Shown here: positions 29,693 through 38,477 of the stretch, piece by piece
Layout of the letters: every line of letters starts with the position of its first letter
Numbering within the stretch: position 1 is the stretch's first letter
Program-made: the position numbers and the translations under genes
Notes under the pieces: model-generated
Seen by the model: only the letters and a program-made list of their open reading frames with translations
What the model was told of the DNA's origin: nothing
Database searches by the model: none
Virus record (IMG/VR): IMGVR_UViG_2718218168_000007
Span: 1-40,384 of that record
DNA: 40,384 bases
Reading direction: 5' to 3' (one strand)
Source: a virus
Taxonomy: Duplodnaviria > Heunggongvirae > Uroviricota > Caudoviricetes

Positions 29693-29919
29693 TCTTCATC
29701 CTCCAACTCAGATACGGCGTCCATTACATCTGAGCCGCGAATGGTTTCGAATGCCACACAAGCCATTTCAAAGCACAGGCGCTCATGCGGGTGCGGAGAT
29801 TGCCAATACTTGAAGCCAGGACGATGCGAATAGCCCTGCATCGCATAAAACTCTCCGGCCAATTCAATGGCGGCATCCACCAGTTCACGGTTTGTCATTG
29901 GTTTGTCGATGTTGCTCAT
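29689..29919 (-). CDS. Hypothetical small acidic phage protein (MSNIDK family)
   Basis: 76-aa ORF; ATGA overlap with the next MSNIDK ORF. Confidence 0.5.
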   Translation of the reverse strand: MSNIDKPMTNRELVDAAIELAGEFYAMQGYSHRPGFKYWQSPHPHERLCFEMACVAFETIRGSDVMDAVSELEDEE

Positions 29920-30116
29920 TGGGCGGCCTCCTGGATTAACTTTTCGAGAATGGCATCAAGGGCTTTCCGTTTTCCGATATACCCGCCACCAACCCACTCT
30001 CCACGAAGCAAGGCGTAATATTTCCCGTCGTCTTCGTGATACGGTCCTCGGATAGACCAGTCGGTTGTGATGGCGTCGATAGCCTTTTTAGTTTCTGCGA
30101 AATCCATCATGCTCAT
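29916..30116 (-). CDS. Hypothetical small phage protein
   Basis: Start placed at the internal ATG (MSMMDFAETKK...) preceded by GGAGGG rather than the ORF-track start at 30173. Confidence 0.45.
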   Translation of the reverse strand: MSMMDFAETKKAIDAITTDWSIRGPYHEDDGKYYALLRGEWVGGGYIGKRKALDAILEKLIQEAAQ

Positions 30117-30406
30117 ACCCCTACCCTCCCCCAAACCATCAACACCCGCTTCATCGCGGCACTCTGGCGACACTCCTTAAAAATCAGGTTAGTGCTCACC
30201 TTTCCTTCCCGTTCTTCCCTGGTAGCGAATCTGTAATACACCGTTCGCCAGACCTTACCATCAATGACCAAGATTCCTGCCCGCGCCATTTTAGCCGCAG
30301 CCTGATTTATGCTGGTTACTGTTGCGCCTGTTACCGCGGCAACGTCCTGCGCACAGAAGCTCTTATGCGTCCCCAGGTAATAAATAATTGCCTCTTTGCC
30401 CGTCAT
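30113..30406 (-). CDS. ren: Ren (lambda Ren-like protein)
   Basis: MTGKEAIIYYLGTHKSFCAQDVAAVTGATVTSINQAAAKMARAGILVIDGKVWRTVYYRFATREEREGK is near-identical to lambda Ren as recalled. Confidence 0.9.
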   Translation of the reverse strand: MTGKEAIIYYLGTHKSFCAQDVAAVTGATVTSINQAAAKMARAGILVIDGKVWRTVYYRFATREEREGKVSTNLIFKECRQSAAMKRVLMVWGRVGV

Positions 30407-31104
30407 ACACTTGCTCCTTTCAGTCCGAACTTAGCTTTGATTTCTGCGATCTTCGCCAAAGCCTGTGCACGATTTAAAGGTCTACCGCCCATGACAGGAA
30501 GTTGTTTTACTGGTTCAGGTATCGCCTCACCACGGTTAATTCGCGCGGTCATACAGGTCAGCTCATCGGCAGCTTTACGCCGTAATTCCGCGTCAGTCAG
30601 CGCATTGGCCCGCATGTTCTGGTACAGGTTGGTAACCAACCAGTAGTGCGCGTTTGATTTCCATGGATAAGACTCTGCGTCCGGATACAGGCCACGCTTC
30701 CGGCAATACTCGTAAACCATATCAACCAGCTCGCTGACGTTTGGCAGTCCGGCGGTAACGGATGCTTCTTCCCGGCACCATGCAACAAACTGCCCGGGTG
30801 ATGGCAGAAATGGTCGATTCTGCCGACGGGCTACGCGCATTCCTGCGTTAACCTGTTCCATCGTGGTGATCCCGTTTTCCCGAAAAGCCAGAACCCACTG
30901 GCGACGGATTTCGTTCACTTCGTTCTGGTCACGGTTAGCCAGGCTCGCCGGGAAAGTTGCCAGTAACTGGCTGAACACACCGTTGATGATCTGCGCTACC
31001 TGCTGTACCTGCGGCTTTTCGTCGTACTGTTCCGGCATGTTGTTGGCGATCCGACGCATCTGCTCACGGTCAAAGTTAACCATCTGTGCGGCGATGTTTT
31101 TCAT
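30403..31104 (-). CDS. P: Replication protein P (DnaB helicase loader)
   Basis: 233-aa product matching lambda P as recalled. Confidence 0.9.
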   Translation of the reverse strand: MKNIAAQMVNFDREQMRRIANNMPEQYDEKPQVQQVAQIINGVFSQLLATFPASLANRDQNEVNEIRRQWVLAFRENGITTMEQVNAGMRVARRQNRPFLPSPGQFVAWCREEASVTAGLPNVSELVDMVYEYCRKRGLYPDAESYPWKSNAHYWLVTNLYQNMRANALTDAELRRKAADELTCMTARINRGEAIPEPVKQLPVMGGRPLNRAQALAKIAEIKAKFGLKGASV

Positions 31105-32030
31105 AGATCCACCCCGTAAATCCAGTCTGTGTTTGTCAGGTCGAGTTTTGGTTTGCTGGCTGTCACGCCTGCCTGTTGCTTGTTACGGTTGATTTCGAGT
31201 TGGGTCCACTTATCGCGGAGTTTGGCCGGACTTAGCACGTTACCGGACCAGAAGTTGTCCTGGCATGCCCAGCGGAACAGCACGCACATGTCGCGGTGGT
31301 TACGTCCGTCACGTTCACGCATCAGGCGGATATCGTTAGCCCACCCTGCAAAATTCGGTTTTCTGGCTGATGGCGCGATGGTCTTCACCATGTCAAACAT
31401 CCACTCTGCGGCGGTCAGGTCTTCTGCTGTCCCCCACCTGCTGCCGCTCTGAATTGCAACATCTGGTTTCTCCACAGGAAGATCGTTTTCTGGTTGGTCA
31501 GAGGATTCGCCAGAATTCTCGGACGAAAAAGGTTTTATATTGTCTTTTGTTAGTTTGTCTTTTGTGTTTACCTGATTCGGGTAAACGCCTTTACCTGATT
31601 TGGGTAAACTTTTCTTACCTGATTCAGGTAAATTTACCTCTTTCAGGTAAACTTTATTTTTCTTACCTGATTCGGGTAATGTTGACCATTCACTGACCAC
31701 ATTATTAATGCCGATATTCCGCCCGCTCTGAATAAAAATCCCACGCTTTACCAGAACACTTTTTGCAGCAGAACACTTGTGCGGCAATATCCCGGTCAAC
31801 TCGGAAAGTTGCTCGTTGCTCACCCAATCCAGTTTTTTATTAAAGCCATATGTTTTGCGCATGACAGCCAGGAAGACCAGAAGCTGGTGCTGTGTTAATC
31901 CGGCCAGCATCACAGCTTCCAGCAACTCATTTGCAATGCGCGTATAACCATCATCGAGATCTGCCACGCGCGGCTCCTTTTGTGCCACATCCGGCACTGG
32001 AAAATTGAATATCTCAGCAGTGTTTGCCAT
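31101..32030 (-). CDS. O: Replication initiator O
   Basis: Lambda O-like start MANTAEIFNFPVPD...ADLDDGYTRIANELLEA preceded by GGGAGGA (ORF-track start 32120 rejected); the ori iterons lie within the gene. Confidence 0.85.
   Translation of the reverse strand: MANTAEIFNFPVPDVAQKEPRVADLDDGYTRIANELLEAVMLAGLTQHQLLVFLAVMRKTYGFNKKLDWVSNEQLSELTGILPHKCSAAKSVLVKRGIFIQSGRNIGINNVVSEWSTLPESGKKNKVYLKEVNLPESGKKSLPKSGKGVYPNQVNTKDKLTKDNIKPFSSENSGESSDQPENDLPVEKPDVAIQSGSRWGTAEDLTAAEWMFDMVKTIAPSARKPNFAGWANDIRLMRERDGRNHRDMCVLFRWACQDNFWSGNVLSPAKLRDKWTQLEINRNKQQAGVTASKPKLDLTNTDWIYGVDL
31568..31680. repeat. Replication origin iterons inside the O gene
   Basis: Five direct copies of about 18 nt: tacctgattcgggtaaa, tacctgatttgggtaaa, tacctgattcaggtaaa, tacctctttcaggtaaa, tacctgattcgggtaat, followed by an AT-rich stretch. 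Confidence 0.8.
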
Positions 32031-32116
32031 AATTCCTCCCGCAATGAGTGTGTTACGATTTGCACCTGAAAGTCGGTTCTGTTCGCGCAGACCGGCTTTC
32101 GCCATTTCTGAACCTG

Positions 32117-32662
32117 TCATATTGCCCCCAGCATGGTGGTGACCATCGCCATCAATGGACCAGCCAGGTCCGGGTCCACACGAAACATCGACACAATGCC
32201 TTCACTCATCTCCTTCAGTTTCTGGTGGCGTGGTGCGTTGAGAATGACAGCCTGTTTTGCCTCACTGAGTTCCTTTTCCATTTCAGCCAACCGAGTCATG
32301 AAGCTATCCTGCTCAACCAGGTAACCGCGATATTCCAGCGGTAGTACCGCCAGAATTGCCGGGGTCAGTTCACGCACGTTATTTCGGTATTTTTCAGAAT
32401 CGAATTTGTTATCGAGGAAGCGGAACAGCTTCTGGCGTGCACGGCTGACATCATCAGGGAAATCGATGGTGCCGCCGCCCTGCTCCCGATACTCATTCAC
32501 AATGAGTGCGGCAACAACATCCTGATTATCTGCAGCCGACCAGGCGCGGACGGCATCACGGATTTTTTCGTGGCCTGGCACCTGTTTTATTTGAGAACGA
32601 TTTATCACCGCAGTCGGGCTAAATCCGCTAGTCTGTTGGTATGTAAGTGGTTGCATAGTCAT
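32117..32662 (-). CDS. ydaT: YdaT-like protein (cII-position regulator)
   Basis: 181-aa product with NEYREQGGG and RELTPAILAVLP motifs recalled from Rac YdaT; immediately downstream of the cro-like gene. Confidence 0.55.
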   Translation of the reverse strand: MTMQPLTYQQTSGFSPTAVINRSQIKQVPGHEKIRDAVRAWSAADNQDVVAALIVNEYREQGGGTIDFPDDVSRARQKLFRFLDNKFDSEKYRNNVRELTPAILAVLPLEYRGYLVEQDSFMTRLAEMEKELSEAKQAVILNAPRHQKLKEMSEGIVSMFRVDPDLAGPLMAMVTTMLGAI

Positions 32663-32686
32663 TGCCTTATCAGTTAACGCCGCAGT

Positions 32687-32914
32687 TTAGGCGGCAGAAT
32701 TACTCGCGTTAAACAATGGTGCGAGGTCGGGACGAATATCTGCTGGTTTAATCTTTCCACCAGTGGCTGAGACAATTTTCATTACATAGCGGGCATCAAT
32801 TCCGCCACCGTGTAGCCAACGCCAAACTGTGGGTTGGGCTACACCGCATAGATCTGCCAGTCGTTTTTGACTACCTGTAATACTGATTGCGAGTTGAATG
32901 GTTTGATTTGTCAT
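32687..32914 (-). CDS. Cro-like HTH regulator (YdaS/Cro type)
   Basis: 75-aa product with HTH LADLCGVAQPTVWRWL; divergent from cI; start at the ATG preceded by AGGA. Confidence 0.7.
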   Translation of the reverse strand: MTNQTIQLAISITGSQKRLADLCGVAQPTVWRWLHGGGIDARYVMKIVSATGGKIKPADIRPDLAPLFNASNSAA

Positions 32915-33024
32915 TATCAATTCCTATTGGTATTGCAATGAATGAATAATAGCAATACGTATTAATCCAAGCAATAGCAAAACGTGTTTTGACCATCAAT
33001 ACGCAAGCGTATAAATTAAAACTT
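32915..33024. promoter_or_regulatory. OR-type operator/promoter region (divergent PR and PRM)
   Basis: Minus strand has TTGCTT, 17 nt, TATTAT toward cro; plus strand has TTGACC, 15 nt, TATAAA ending about 10 nt before the cI ATG; several ATAGCAAT-type motifs shared with the OL region. Confidence 0.55.
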
Positions 33025-33717
33025 ATGAAAAAAGAAACTCTTGCTGATCGCTTAAACCTAGCGATGGAACAATCTGGAATGTCTCAAGGCGCTCTTGCAA
33101 AGGCGTCTGGCGTAGCTCAACCCACAATCTGGAGACTGACAAGCGGCAACGCGCGCGGCTCAACAAAAATTGTTGAAATAGCTAATGCATTGGGTGTTCG
33201 AACAGAATGGCTCTCATCAGGCATAGGCCCGATGAGAAATGACGGTCAACAATCAGGGAAGCCTGCTGTCAGCCATTCCAAATACTTCAAAATTGACGTT
33301 CTTGATATAGAAGTCAGTGCCGGGCCAGGTGTAATCAACCGTGAGTTTGTAGAAGTTCTACGCTCGGTTGAGTACTCGTTTGACGATGCTCGTCACATGT
33401 TCGATGGCAGGAAGGCGGAAAATATCCGCATCATTAACGTGCGAGGTGACAGCATGTCAGGGACGATCGAACCAGGTGACCTGCTGTTCGTTGATATCAC
33501 TGTTAAATCTTTCGACGGTGATGGCATCTATGCGTTTCTATATGACGACACCGCCCATGTAAAGCGCCTGCAAATGATGAAGGATAAACTGCTGGTTATC
33601 TCTGATAACAAAAGCTACTCACCGTGGGACCCGATCGAGAAAGACGAGATGAACCGGGTATTCATCTTCGGTAAGGTTATTGGGAGCATGCCGCAGACGT
33701 ATAGGAAACATGGTTAA
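33025..33717 (+). CDS. cI: CI-type repressor (HTH plus S24 LexA-like autopeptidase domain)
   Basis: N-terminal HTH MSQGALAKASGVAQPTIWRL and C-terminal S24 motifs (GDSMSGTIEPGDLLFVD, HVKRL); start at the ATG at 33025 with essentially no leader. Confidence 0.85.
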   Translation: MKKETLADRLNLAMEQSGMSQGALAKASGVAQPTIWRLTSGNARGSTKIVEIANALGVRTEWLSSGIGPMRNDGQQSGKPAVSHSKYFKIDVLDIEVSAGPGVINREFVEVLRSVEYSFDDARHMFDGRKAENIRIINVRGDSMSGTIEPGDLLFVDITVKSFDGDGIYAFLYDDTAHVKRLQMMKDKLLVISDNKSYSPWDPIEKDEMNRVFIFGKVIGSMPQTYRKHG

Positions 33718-34005
33718 TCCCATGTCTAAATAATAGACAATATTAATGATGGCGATAGTCAAAGCTCTCGCCATGACACTTTATGTTGTATTGAATTATG
33801 CCTCTCTACCACTATATATAGCAAACAACTTTCCAGTACCTCTCCCCAGAATAATATGCTGTCCAATGAGGATAAACAGCAATAAATCCTATCGTTTTAT
33901 AAGTGACGGATGTACATAAAGTTATTAATATGTACTAACAGTTACCTTTCAGGTAAAATGCAAACATTACACAACTGGTTATTTATACAGTTAAGGGGGC
34001 ATAAC

Positions 34006-34476
34006 ATGGCTTACTCAGCTGCAGCGGTTGCTAATGCCTTCATTGAAAAGGCTTTAAAGGGTGAGTTAAAGAATCTGACTCCAATGAAGCTCCAGAAGCT
34101 TCTTTTTTATACTCAATCATGGCATTTAAAGTTACGCGACAACACACCGCTTTTTGATGATCTTTTCGCCAGATGGAAATTCGGGCCTGTTATTCCACCG
34201 CTTTATCATATGTTGAAGAAGTATGGCGCAAACGAAATCACTGAAAAGATTAGCGTCATCTTAGAGTGTGATGGCGAATTAAAAAGAATCACCCCTACAA
34301 TTCAAAAAGATGATGAAGAAGCTCAAGCTCTTATCAATAAAATCATCGAAGTATATGGGAAATTTTCAGGTACTGAACTGTCTAACTTAACACATGCGCC
34401 TGGTACAGCATGGAGCAAGGGAAGTGCAGATGGTGGCCCCATTTCTCATGAGGATATGGCGAAGCATATTCACTAA
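34006..34476 (+). CDS. Panacea-domain (DUF4065)-like protein, putative antitoxin/sensor, in the rexA-equivalent slot
   Basis: Motifs MKLQKLLFYTQSWHL and FARWKFGPVIPPLY fit my recollection of the DUF4065 core; start at the ATG preceded by AAGGGGG (ORF-track start 33910 rejected); visibly AT-rich. Confidence 0.6.
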   Translation: MAYSAAAVANAFIEKALKGELKNLTPMKLQKLLFYTQSWHLKLRDNTPLFDDLFARWKFGPVIPPLYHMLKKYGANEITEKISVILECDGELKRITPTIQKDDEEAQALINKIIEVYGKFSGTELSNLTHAPGTAWSKGSADGGPISHEDMAKHIH

Positions 34477-34859
34477 TGAAGTCGTTTGATAGCATATCTA
34501 TACCCAGTGGCACAAATGTAGGCTCATCGAAAGTATCAAGTGCCGAAGATGAGCCGCCAATTACAGAAAGAATATCCAGAGGTGACGACCTCAATGCTCA
34601 AAAAGCGGCAGATGCCAAGTCAAACAGGCAACTTCGTGAGATCTTGGCAGAAAAAGCGTACCGTGTCGTAAAAAAATCACTTTACGGATGGGCTTTGTTT
34701 CTTTTCTTTCAAGGCTGGTTTTCTATCATTGGGATAAAGGTTTTTTCCGATAAGGTAGTTTTGGCTGTAACAACAGCTGTTACTCTTAATGTATTCGCTG
34801 CTTTTCTTGGTGTTATCAGGGGATTATTCCCAGCTGCCAGTAGAAAAGATAAAAGTTAA
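34476..34859 (+). CDS. Small membrane protein with two C-terminal TM helices, putative toxin/effector, in the rexB-equivalent slot
   Basis: 127-aa product with a hydrophilic N-terminal half, then LYGWALFLFFQGWFSIIGI and VVLAVTTAVTLNVFAAFLGVI; start overlaps the upstream stop (TAATG). Confidence 0.6.
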   Translation: MKSFDSISIPSGTNVGSSKVSSAEDEPPITERISRGDDLNAQKAADAKSNRQLREILAEKAYRVVKKSLYGWALFLFFQGWFSIIGIKVFSDKVVLAVTTAVTLNVFAAFLGVIRGLFPAASRKDKS

Positions 34860-34886
34860 CCCGGCCACCGTGCCGGGTTTTCTTTT
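34860..34886 (+). terminator. Intrinsic terminator ending the cI / Panacea-like / membrane-protein transcript
   Basis: CCCGGC, loop caccgt, GCCGGG, then TTTTCTTTT, immediately after the stop at 34859. Confidence 0.8.
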
Positions 34887-35007
34887 GTCCCCTCCCCTCA
34901 TCACACACCACTCAAAAAACCACCACACCTCACTTCAGTTATCGCTATGCGATGCAAGTCACAAAATTAATTCTTTTTGCTATCAAACATTTAATATCAA
35001 AACACAT

Positions 35008-35056
35008 CTAGCAATAGCAATAAGTATTGATATCATCAATAGCAATAGCTATTATC
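35008..35056 (+). promoter_or_regulatory. OL/PL-type operator-promoter
   Basis: TTGATA (35027-35032), 17-nt spacer, TATTAT (35050-35055), overlapped by two agcaatagcaat repeats that also occur between cro and cI. Confidence 0.55.
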
Positions 35057-35332
35057 ACCATGTCGCAACAACACAACGATACGGCAATCACCTGATTCAC
35101 CGTTGCGATGACCGCTTAGATCCGCAGCTTGAATTTCAGCAGGCTCCGGGGAGTGCGAGGGGTGAAGCGGACGCGTGAACGTCGGTGTGACCAGCTGAAA
35201 TCAACTCAACACTTCATACCTCAGTCGCTTCAACGAGGCGGCTTAGTTATGACAACCGGCGGCCATCCACCGCCTGAATACGCGCAGAAGTCTTTATATG
35301 TTCAGCAGCCCAGCTTACGGGCAGGAGTTTTT

Positions 35333-35539
35333 ATGGTTCATCAACATTACGGAACGCAGACCGTTAATCGCGGTGCGGTCATGCCAGGAATGCTGGTCAA
35401 ACACAAAGATGGTACCTGGACTGCATCAGCTAATTTACGCGGACGGCTTTATCTGCATCGCGGCATCGAGCGCACTTATACCCGTGACTTGCTCGTGGAA
35501 GTTTTTCTCGACGGACGCGGCAACGGCCTGAATCACTAA
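35333..35539 (+). CDS. Hypothetical small protein in the kil/cIII position
   Basis: 68-aa ORF from the ATG preceded by AGGAG ([14 protein letters not shown]...); the longer ORF-track start at 35129 lacks an SD; no family recognised. Confidence 0.4.
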   Translation: MVHQHYGTQTVNRGAVMPGMLVKHKDGTWTASANLRGRLYLHRGIERTYTRDLLVEVFLDGRGNGLNH

Positions 35540-35614
35540 CCCCCTTTCCTGTTTTCCTAATCAGCCTGGCATTTCGCGGGCGATATTTCCACAGCCATTT
35601 TCAGGAGTTCAGCC

Positions 35615-35911
35615 ATGAACGCTTATTACATTCAGGATCGTCTTGAGGCTCAGAGCTGGGCGCGTCACTACCAGCAGATCGCCCGTGAAGAGAAAGAGGC
35701 AGAACTGGCAGACGACATGGAAAAAGGCCTGCCCCAGCACCTGTTTGAATCGCTATGCATCGATCATTTGCAACGCCACGGGGTCAGCAAAAAAGCCATT
35801 ACCCGTGCGTTCGATGACGATGTTGAGTTTCAGGGGCGCATGGCAGAACACATCCGGTACATGGTTGAAACCATTGCTCACCACCAGGTTGATATTGATT
35901 CAGAGGTATAA
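35615..35911 (+). CDS. gam: Gam (RecBCD inhibitor)
   Basis: [56 protein letters not shown] is near-identical to lambda GamS as recalled. Confidence 0.95.
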   Translation: MNAYYIQDRLEAQSWARHYQQIAREEKEAELADDMEKGLPQHLFESLCIDHLQRHGVSKKAITRAFDDDVEFQGRMAEHIRYMVETIAHHQVDIDSEV

Positions 35912-35916
35912 AACGG

Positions 35917-36702
35917 ATGAGTACAGCACTCGCAACGCTGGCTGGGAAGCTGGCTGAACGTGTCGGCATGGATTCTGTCGACCCACAGGAACTGATCACC
36001 ACTCTTCGCCAGACGGCATTTAAAGGTGATGCCAGCGATGCGCAGTTCATCGCATTGTTGATCGTCGCCAACCAGTACGGCCTTAATCCGTGGACGAAAG
36101 AAATTTACGCCTTCCCTGACAAGCAGAACGGCATCGTTCCGGTGGTGGGCGTTGATGGCTGGTCCCGCATCATCAATGAAAACCAGCAGTTTGATGGCAT
36201 GGACTTTGAGCAGGACAATGAATCCTGCACATGCCGGATTTACCGCAAAGACCGCAATCATCCGATCTGCGTTACCGAGTGGATGGATGAATGCCGCCGC
36301 GAACCATTCAAAACCCGCGAAGGCAGAGAAATCACGGGGCCGTGGCAGTCGCATCCCAAACGGATGTTACGGCATAAAGCCATGATTCAGTGTGCCCGTC
36401 TCGCCTTCGGATTTGCTGGTATCTATGACAAGGATGAAGCCGAGCGCATTGTCGAAAATACCGCATACACTGCAGAACGTCAGCCGGAACGCGACATCAC
36501 TCCGGTTAACGATGAAACCATGCAGGAGATTAACACTCTGCTGATTGCCCTGGATAAAACATGGGATGACGACTTATTGCCGCTCTGTTCCCAGATATTT
36601 CGCCGTGACATTCGCGCATCGTCAGAACTGACACAGGCCGAAGCAGTGAAAGCTCTTGGATTCCTGAAACAGAAAGCCACTGAGCAGAAGGTGGCAGCAT
36701 GA
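35917..36702 (+). CDS. bet: Bet (Red-beta single-strand annealing protein)
   Basis: 261-aa product near-identical to lambda Bet as recalled. Confidence 0.95.
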   Translation: MSTALATLAGKLAERVGMDSVDPQELITTLRQTAFKGDASDAQFIALLIVANQYGLNPWTKEIYAFPDKQNGIVPVVGVDGWSRIINENQQFDGMDFEQDNESCTCRIYRKDRNHPICVTEWMDECRREPFKTREGREITGPWQSHPKRMLRHKAMIQCARLAFGFAGIYDKDEAERIVENTAYTAERQPERDITPVNDETMQEINTLLIALDKTWDDDLLPLCSQIFRRDIRASSELTQAEAVKALGFLKQKATEQKVAA

Positions 36703-37379
36703 CACCGGACATTATACTGCAGCGTACCGGGATCGACGTGAGAGCTGTCGAACAGGGGGATGATGCATGGCACAAATTACGGCTCGGCGTCATCACCGCT
36801 TCAGAAGTTCACAACGTGATAGCAAAGCCCCGATCAGGAAAGAAGTGGCCTGACATGAAAATGTCCTACTTCCACACCCTGCTGGCTGAGGTTTGCACCG
36901 GTGTGGCTCCGGAAGTTAACGCTAAAGCGCTGGCCTGGGGAAAACAGTACGAGAACGACGCCAGAACCCTGTTTGAGTTCACTTCCGGCGTAAATGTTAT
37001 TGAATCCCCGATCATCTATCGCGACGAAAGTATGCGCACCGCCTGCTCTCCCGATGGTTTATGCAGTGACGGCAATGGCCTTGAGCTGAAATGCCCGTTT
37101 ACCTCCCGGGATTTCATGAAGTTCCGGCTCGGTGGTTTCGAGGCCATAAAGTCGGCTTACATGGCCCAGGTGCAGTACAGCATGTGGGTGACGCGAAAAG
37201 ATGCCTGGTACTTTGCCAACTATGACCCGCGTATGAAGCGTGAAGGCCTGCATTATGTCGTGGTTGAGCGGGATGAAAAGTACATGGCGAGTTTTGACGA
37301 GATGGTGCCGGAGTTCATCGAAAAAATGGACGAGGCACTAGCTGAAATTGGTTTTGCATTTGGGGAGCAATGGCGATGA
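36699..37379 (+). CDS. exo: Exo (Red-alpha 5'-3' exonuclease)
   Basis: 226-aa product near-identical to lambda Exo as recalled. Confidence 0.95.
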   Translation: MTPDIILQRTGIDVRAVEQGDDAWHKLRLGVITASEVHNVIAKPRSGKKWPDMKMSYFHTLLAEVCTGVAPEVNAKALAWGKQYENDARTLFEFTSGVNVIESPIIYRDESMRTACSPDGLCSDGNGLELKCPFTSRDFMKFRLGGFEAIKSAYMAQVQYSMWVTRKDAWYFANYDPRMKREGLHYVVVERDEKYMASFDEMVPEFIEKMDEALAEIGFAFGEQWR

Positions 37380-37537
37380 AGCATCCTCACGATAATATCC
37401 GGGTAGGCACGATCACTTTCGTCTACTCCGTTACAAAGCGAGGCTTGGTATTTCCCGGCCTTTCTGTTATCCGAAATCCCCTGAAAGCACAGCGGCTGGC
37501 TGAGGAGATAAATAATAAACGGGGGCTGTATGACTGA
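37376..37537 (+). CDS. Small hypothetical protein (lambda orf60a-like position), not in the ORF track
   Basis: My own translation gives a 53-aa [56 protein letters not shown]; ATGA overlap with the exo stop and with the next gene. Confidence 0.4.
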   Translation: MKHPHDNIRVGTITFVYSVTKRGLVFPGLSVIRNPLKAQRLAEEINNKRGLYD

Positions 37538-38087
37538 TTTCACCGGAAGCAATACTCCTGCCGAACATCGCGACAGCTGGCGCACACCACCAGAGATTTT
37601 TGCTGCGCTTAATGCAGAGTTCGTTTTTCAACTTGATGCTGCCGCCAGCGAAAAAAACCGACTATGTCGGCTTTTTATCTCACAGGAGCAGAACACATTA
37701 ACCACTTCATGGCCTGAAGCAATGGGATATGCCTCTGGTTATGTCTGGTTGAATCCACCATACAGCAATATTTCCCCTTTTGTGAAAAAGGCAGCCACTG
37801 AAAACAAATTCAGTAGTGTGGGATGTGTAATGTTATTGCCTGCTGACACATCTGTCGGATGGTTTCATGAAGCGATACAAACCGCCAGTGAGGTCAGATT
37901 CATCACGGCAGGACGACTGGCATTTATTAACCCACTCACTGAGAAACCCGTCAGTGGAAATAATAAAGGCTCGATGCTCATTATCTGGCACCCATACCCC
38001 CGTACACACTGCCACTTTACGACCGTTGATCGTGGAGAGTTGATGGCGTTCGGCTCAAGGATTCTTGCCCGTCGGGAGGCTGCATGA
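37530..38087 (+). CDS. Phage-type DNA N6-adenine methyltransferase (Dam-like)
   Basis: 185-aa product with the catalytic NPPY motif (VWLNPPYS) and a layout typical of small phage Dam methylases. Confidence 0.8.
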   Translation: MTDFTGSNTPAEHRDSWRTPPEIFAALNAEFVFQLDAAASEKNRLCRLFISQEQNTLTTSWPEAMGYASGYVWLNPPYSNISPFVKKAATENKFSSVGCVMLLPADTSVGWFHEAIQTASEVRFITAGRLAFINPLTEKPVSGNNKGSMLIIWHPYPRTHCHFTTVDRGELMAFGSRILARREAA

Positions 38088-38163
38088 CAACCACGGAATG
38101 CATTTTTCTGGCAGCGGGCTTCATATTCTGTGTGCTTATGCTTGCCGACATGGGACTTGTTCA

Positions 38164-38379
38164 ATGACACCTCAGCAGGAAAACGCCCTTCGCAGCATTG
38201 CCCGTCAGGCTAATTCTGAAATCAAAAAAGCCAGACAGCAGTTTCCGGATAAAAACGTCGATGACATTTGCCGTAGCGTACTGAAGAAGCACCGCGAAAC
38301 GGTAACGCTGATGGGATTCACACCGACTCATTTAAGCCTGGCAATCGGCATGTTAAACGGCGTCTTTAAGGAACGATGA
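38164..38379 (+). CDS. Hypothetical small protein
   Basis: 71-aa ORF from an internal ATG (MTPQQENALRSIARQ...); the longer ORF-track start would overlap the methylase gene. Confidence 0.4.
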   Translation: MTPQQENALRSIARQANSEIKKARQQFPDKNVDDICRSVLKKHRETVTLMGFTPTHLSLAIGMLNGVFKER

Positions 38380-38477
38380 ACATGAAAAGCAAAATCATCA
38401 GGGAGCTACAGGCTCCTTTTTTATTATTCGCATTCACCCTCAAGCGTATTAACCAACAATTCAGGGATTAATGGAAG

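Noticed and set aside
31568-31680. Possible CRISPR-like array (short direct repeats)
   Set aside because: Repeats are about 18 nt, contiguous without unique spacers, and lie inside the O gene: they are replication-origin iterons, not CRISPR.
33910-34005. Longer N-terminus for the Panacea-like gene (ORF-track start MYIKLL...)
   Set aside because: No SD before 33910, whereas the ATG at 34006 is preceded by AAGGGGG; the extension is probably untranslated leader.
35129-35332. Longer 136-aa version of the ORF upstream of gam, and an N-like antiterminator
   Set aside because: The Arg-rich N-terminal extension has no SD and starts inside the promoter-proximal leader; it does not resemble lambda N and no nut-like boxA/boxB was seen. 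Only the 68-aa version is kept, at low confidence.
35878-36354. 158-aa minus-strand ORF
   Set aside because: Antisense within bet, which is near-identical to lambda Bet; spurious.
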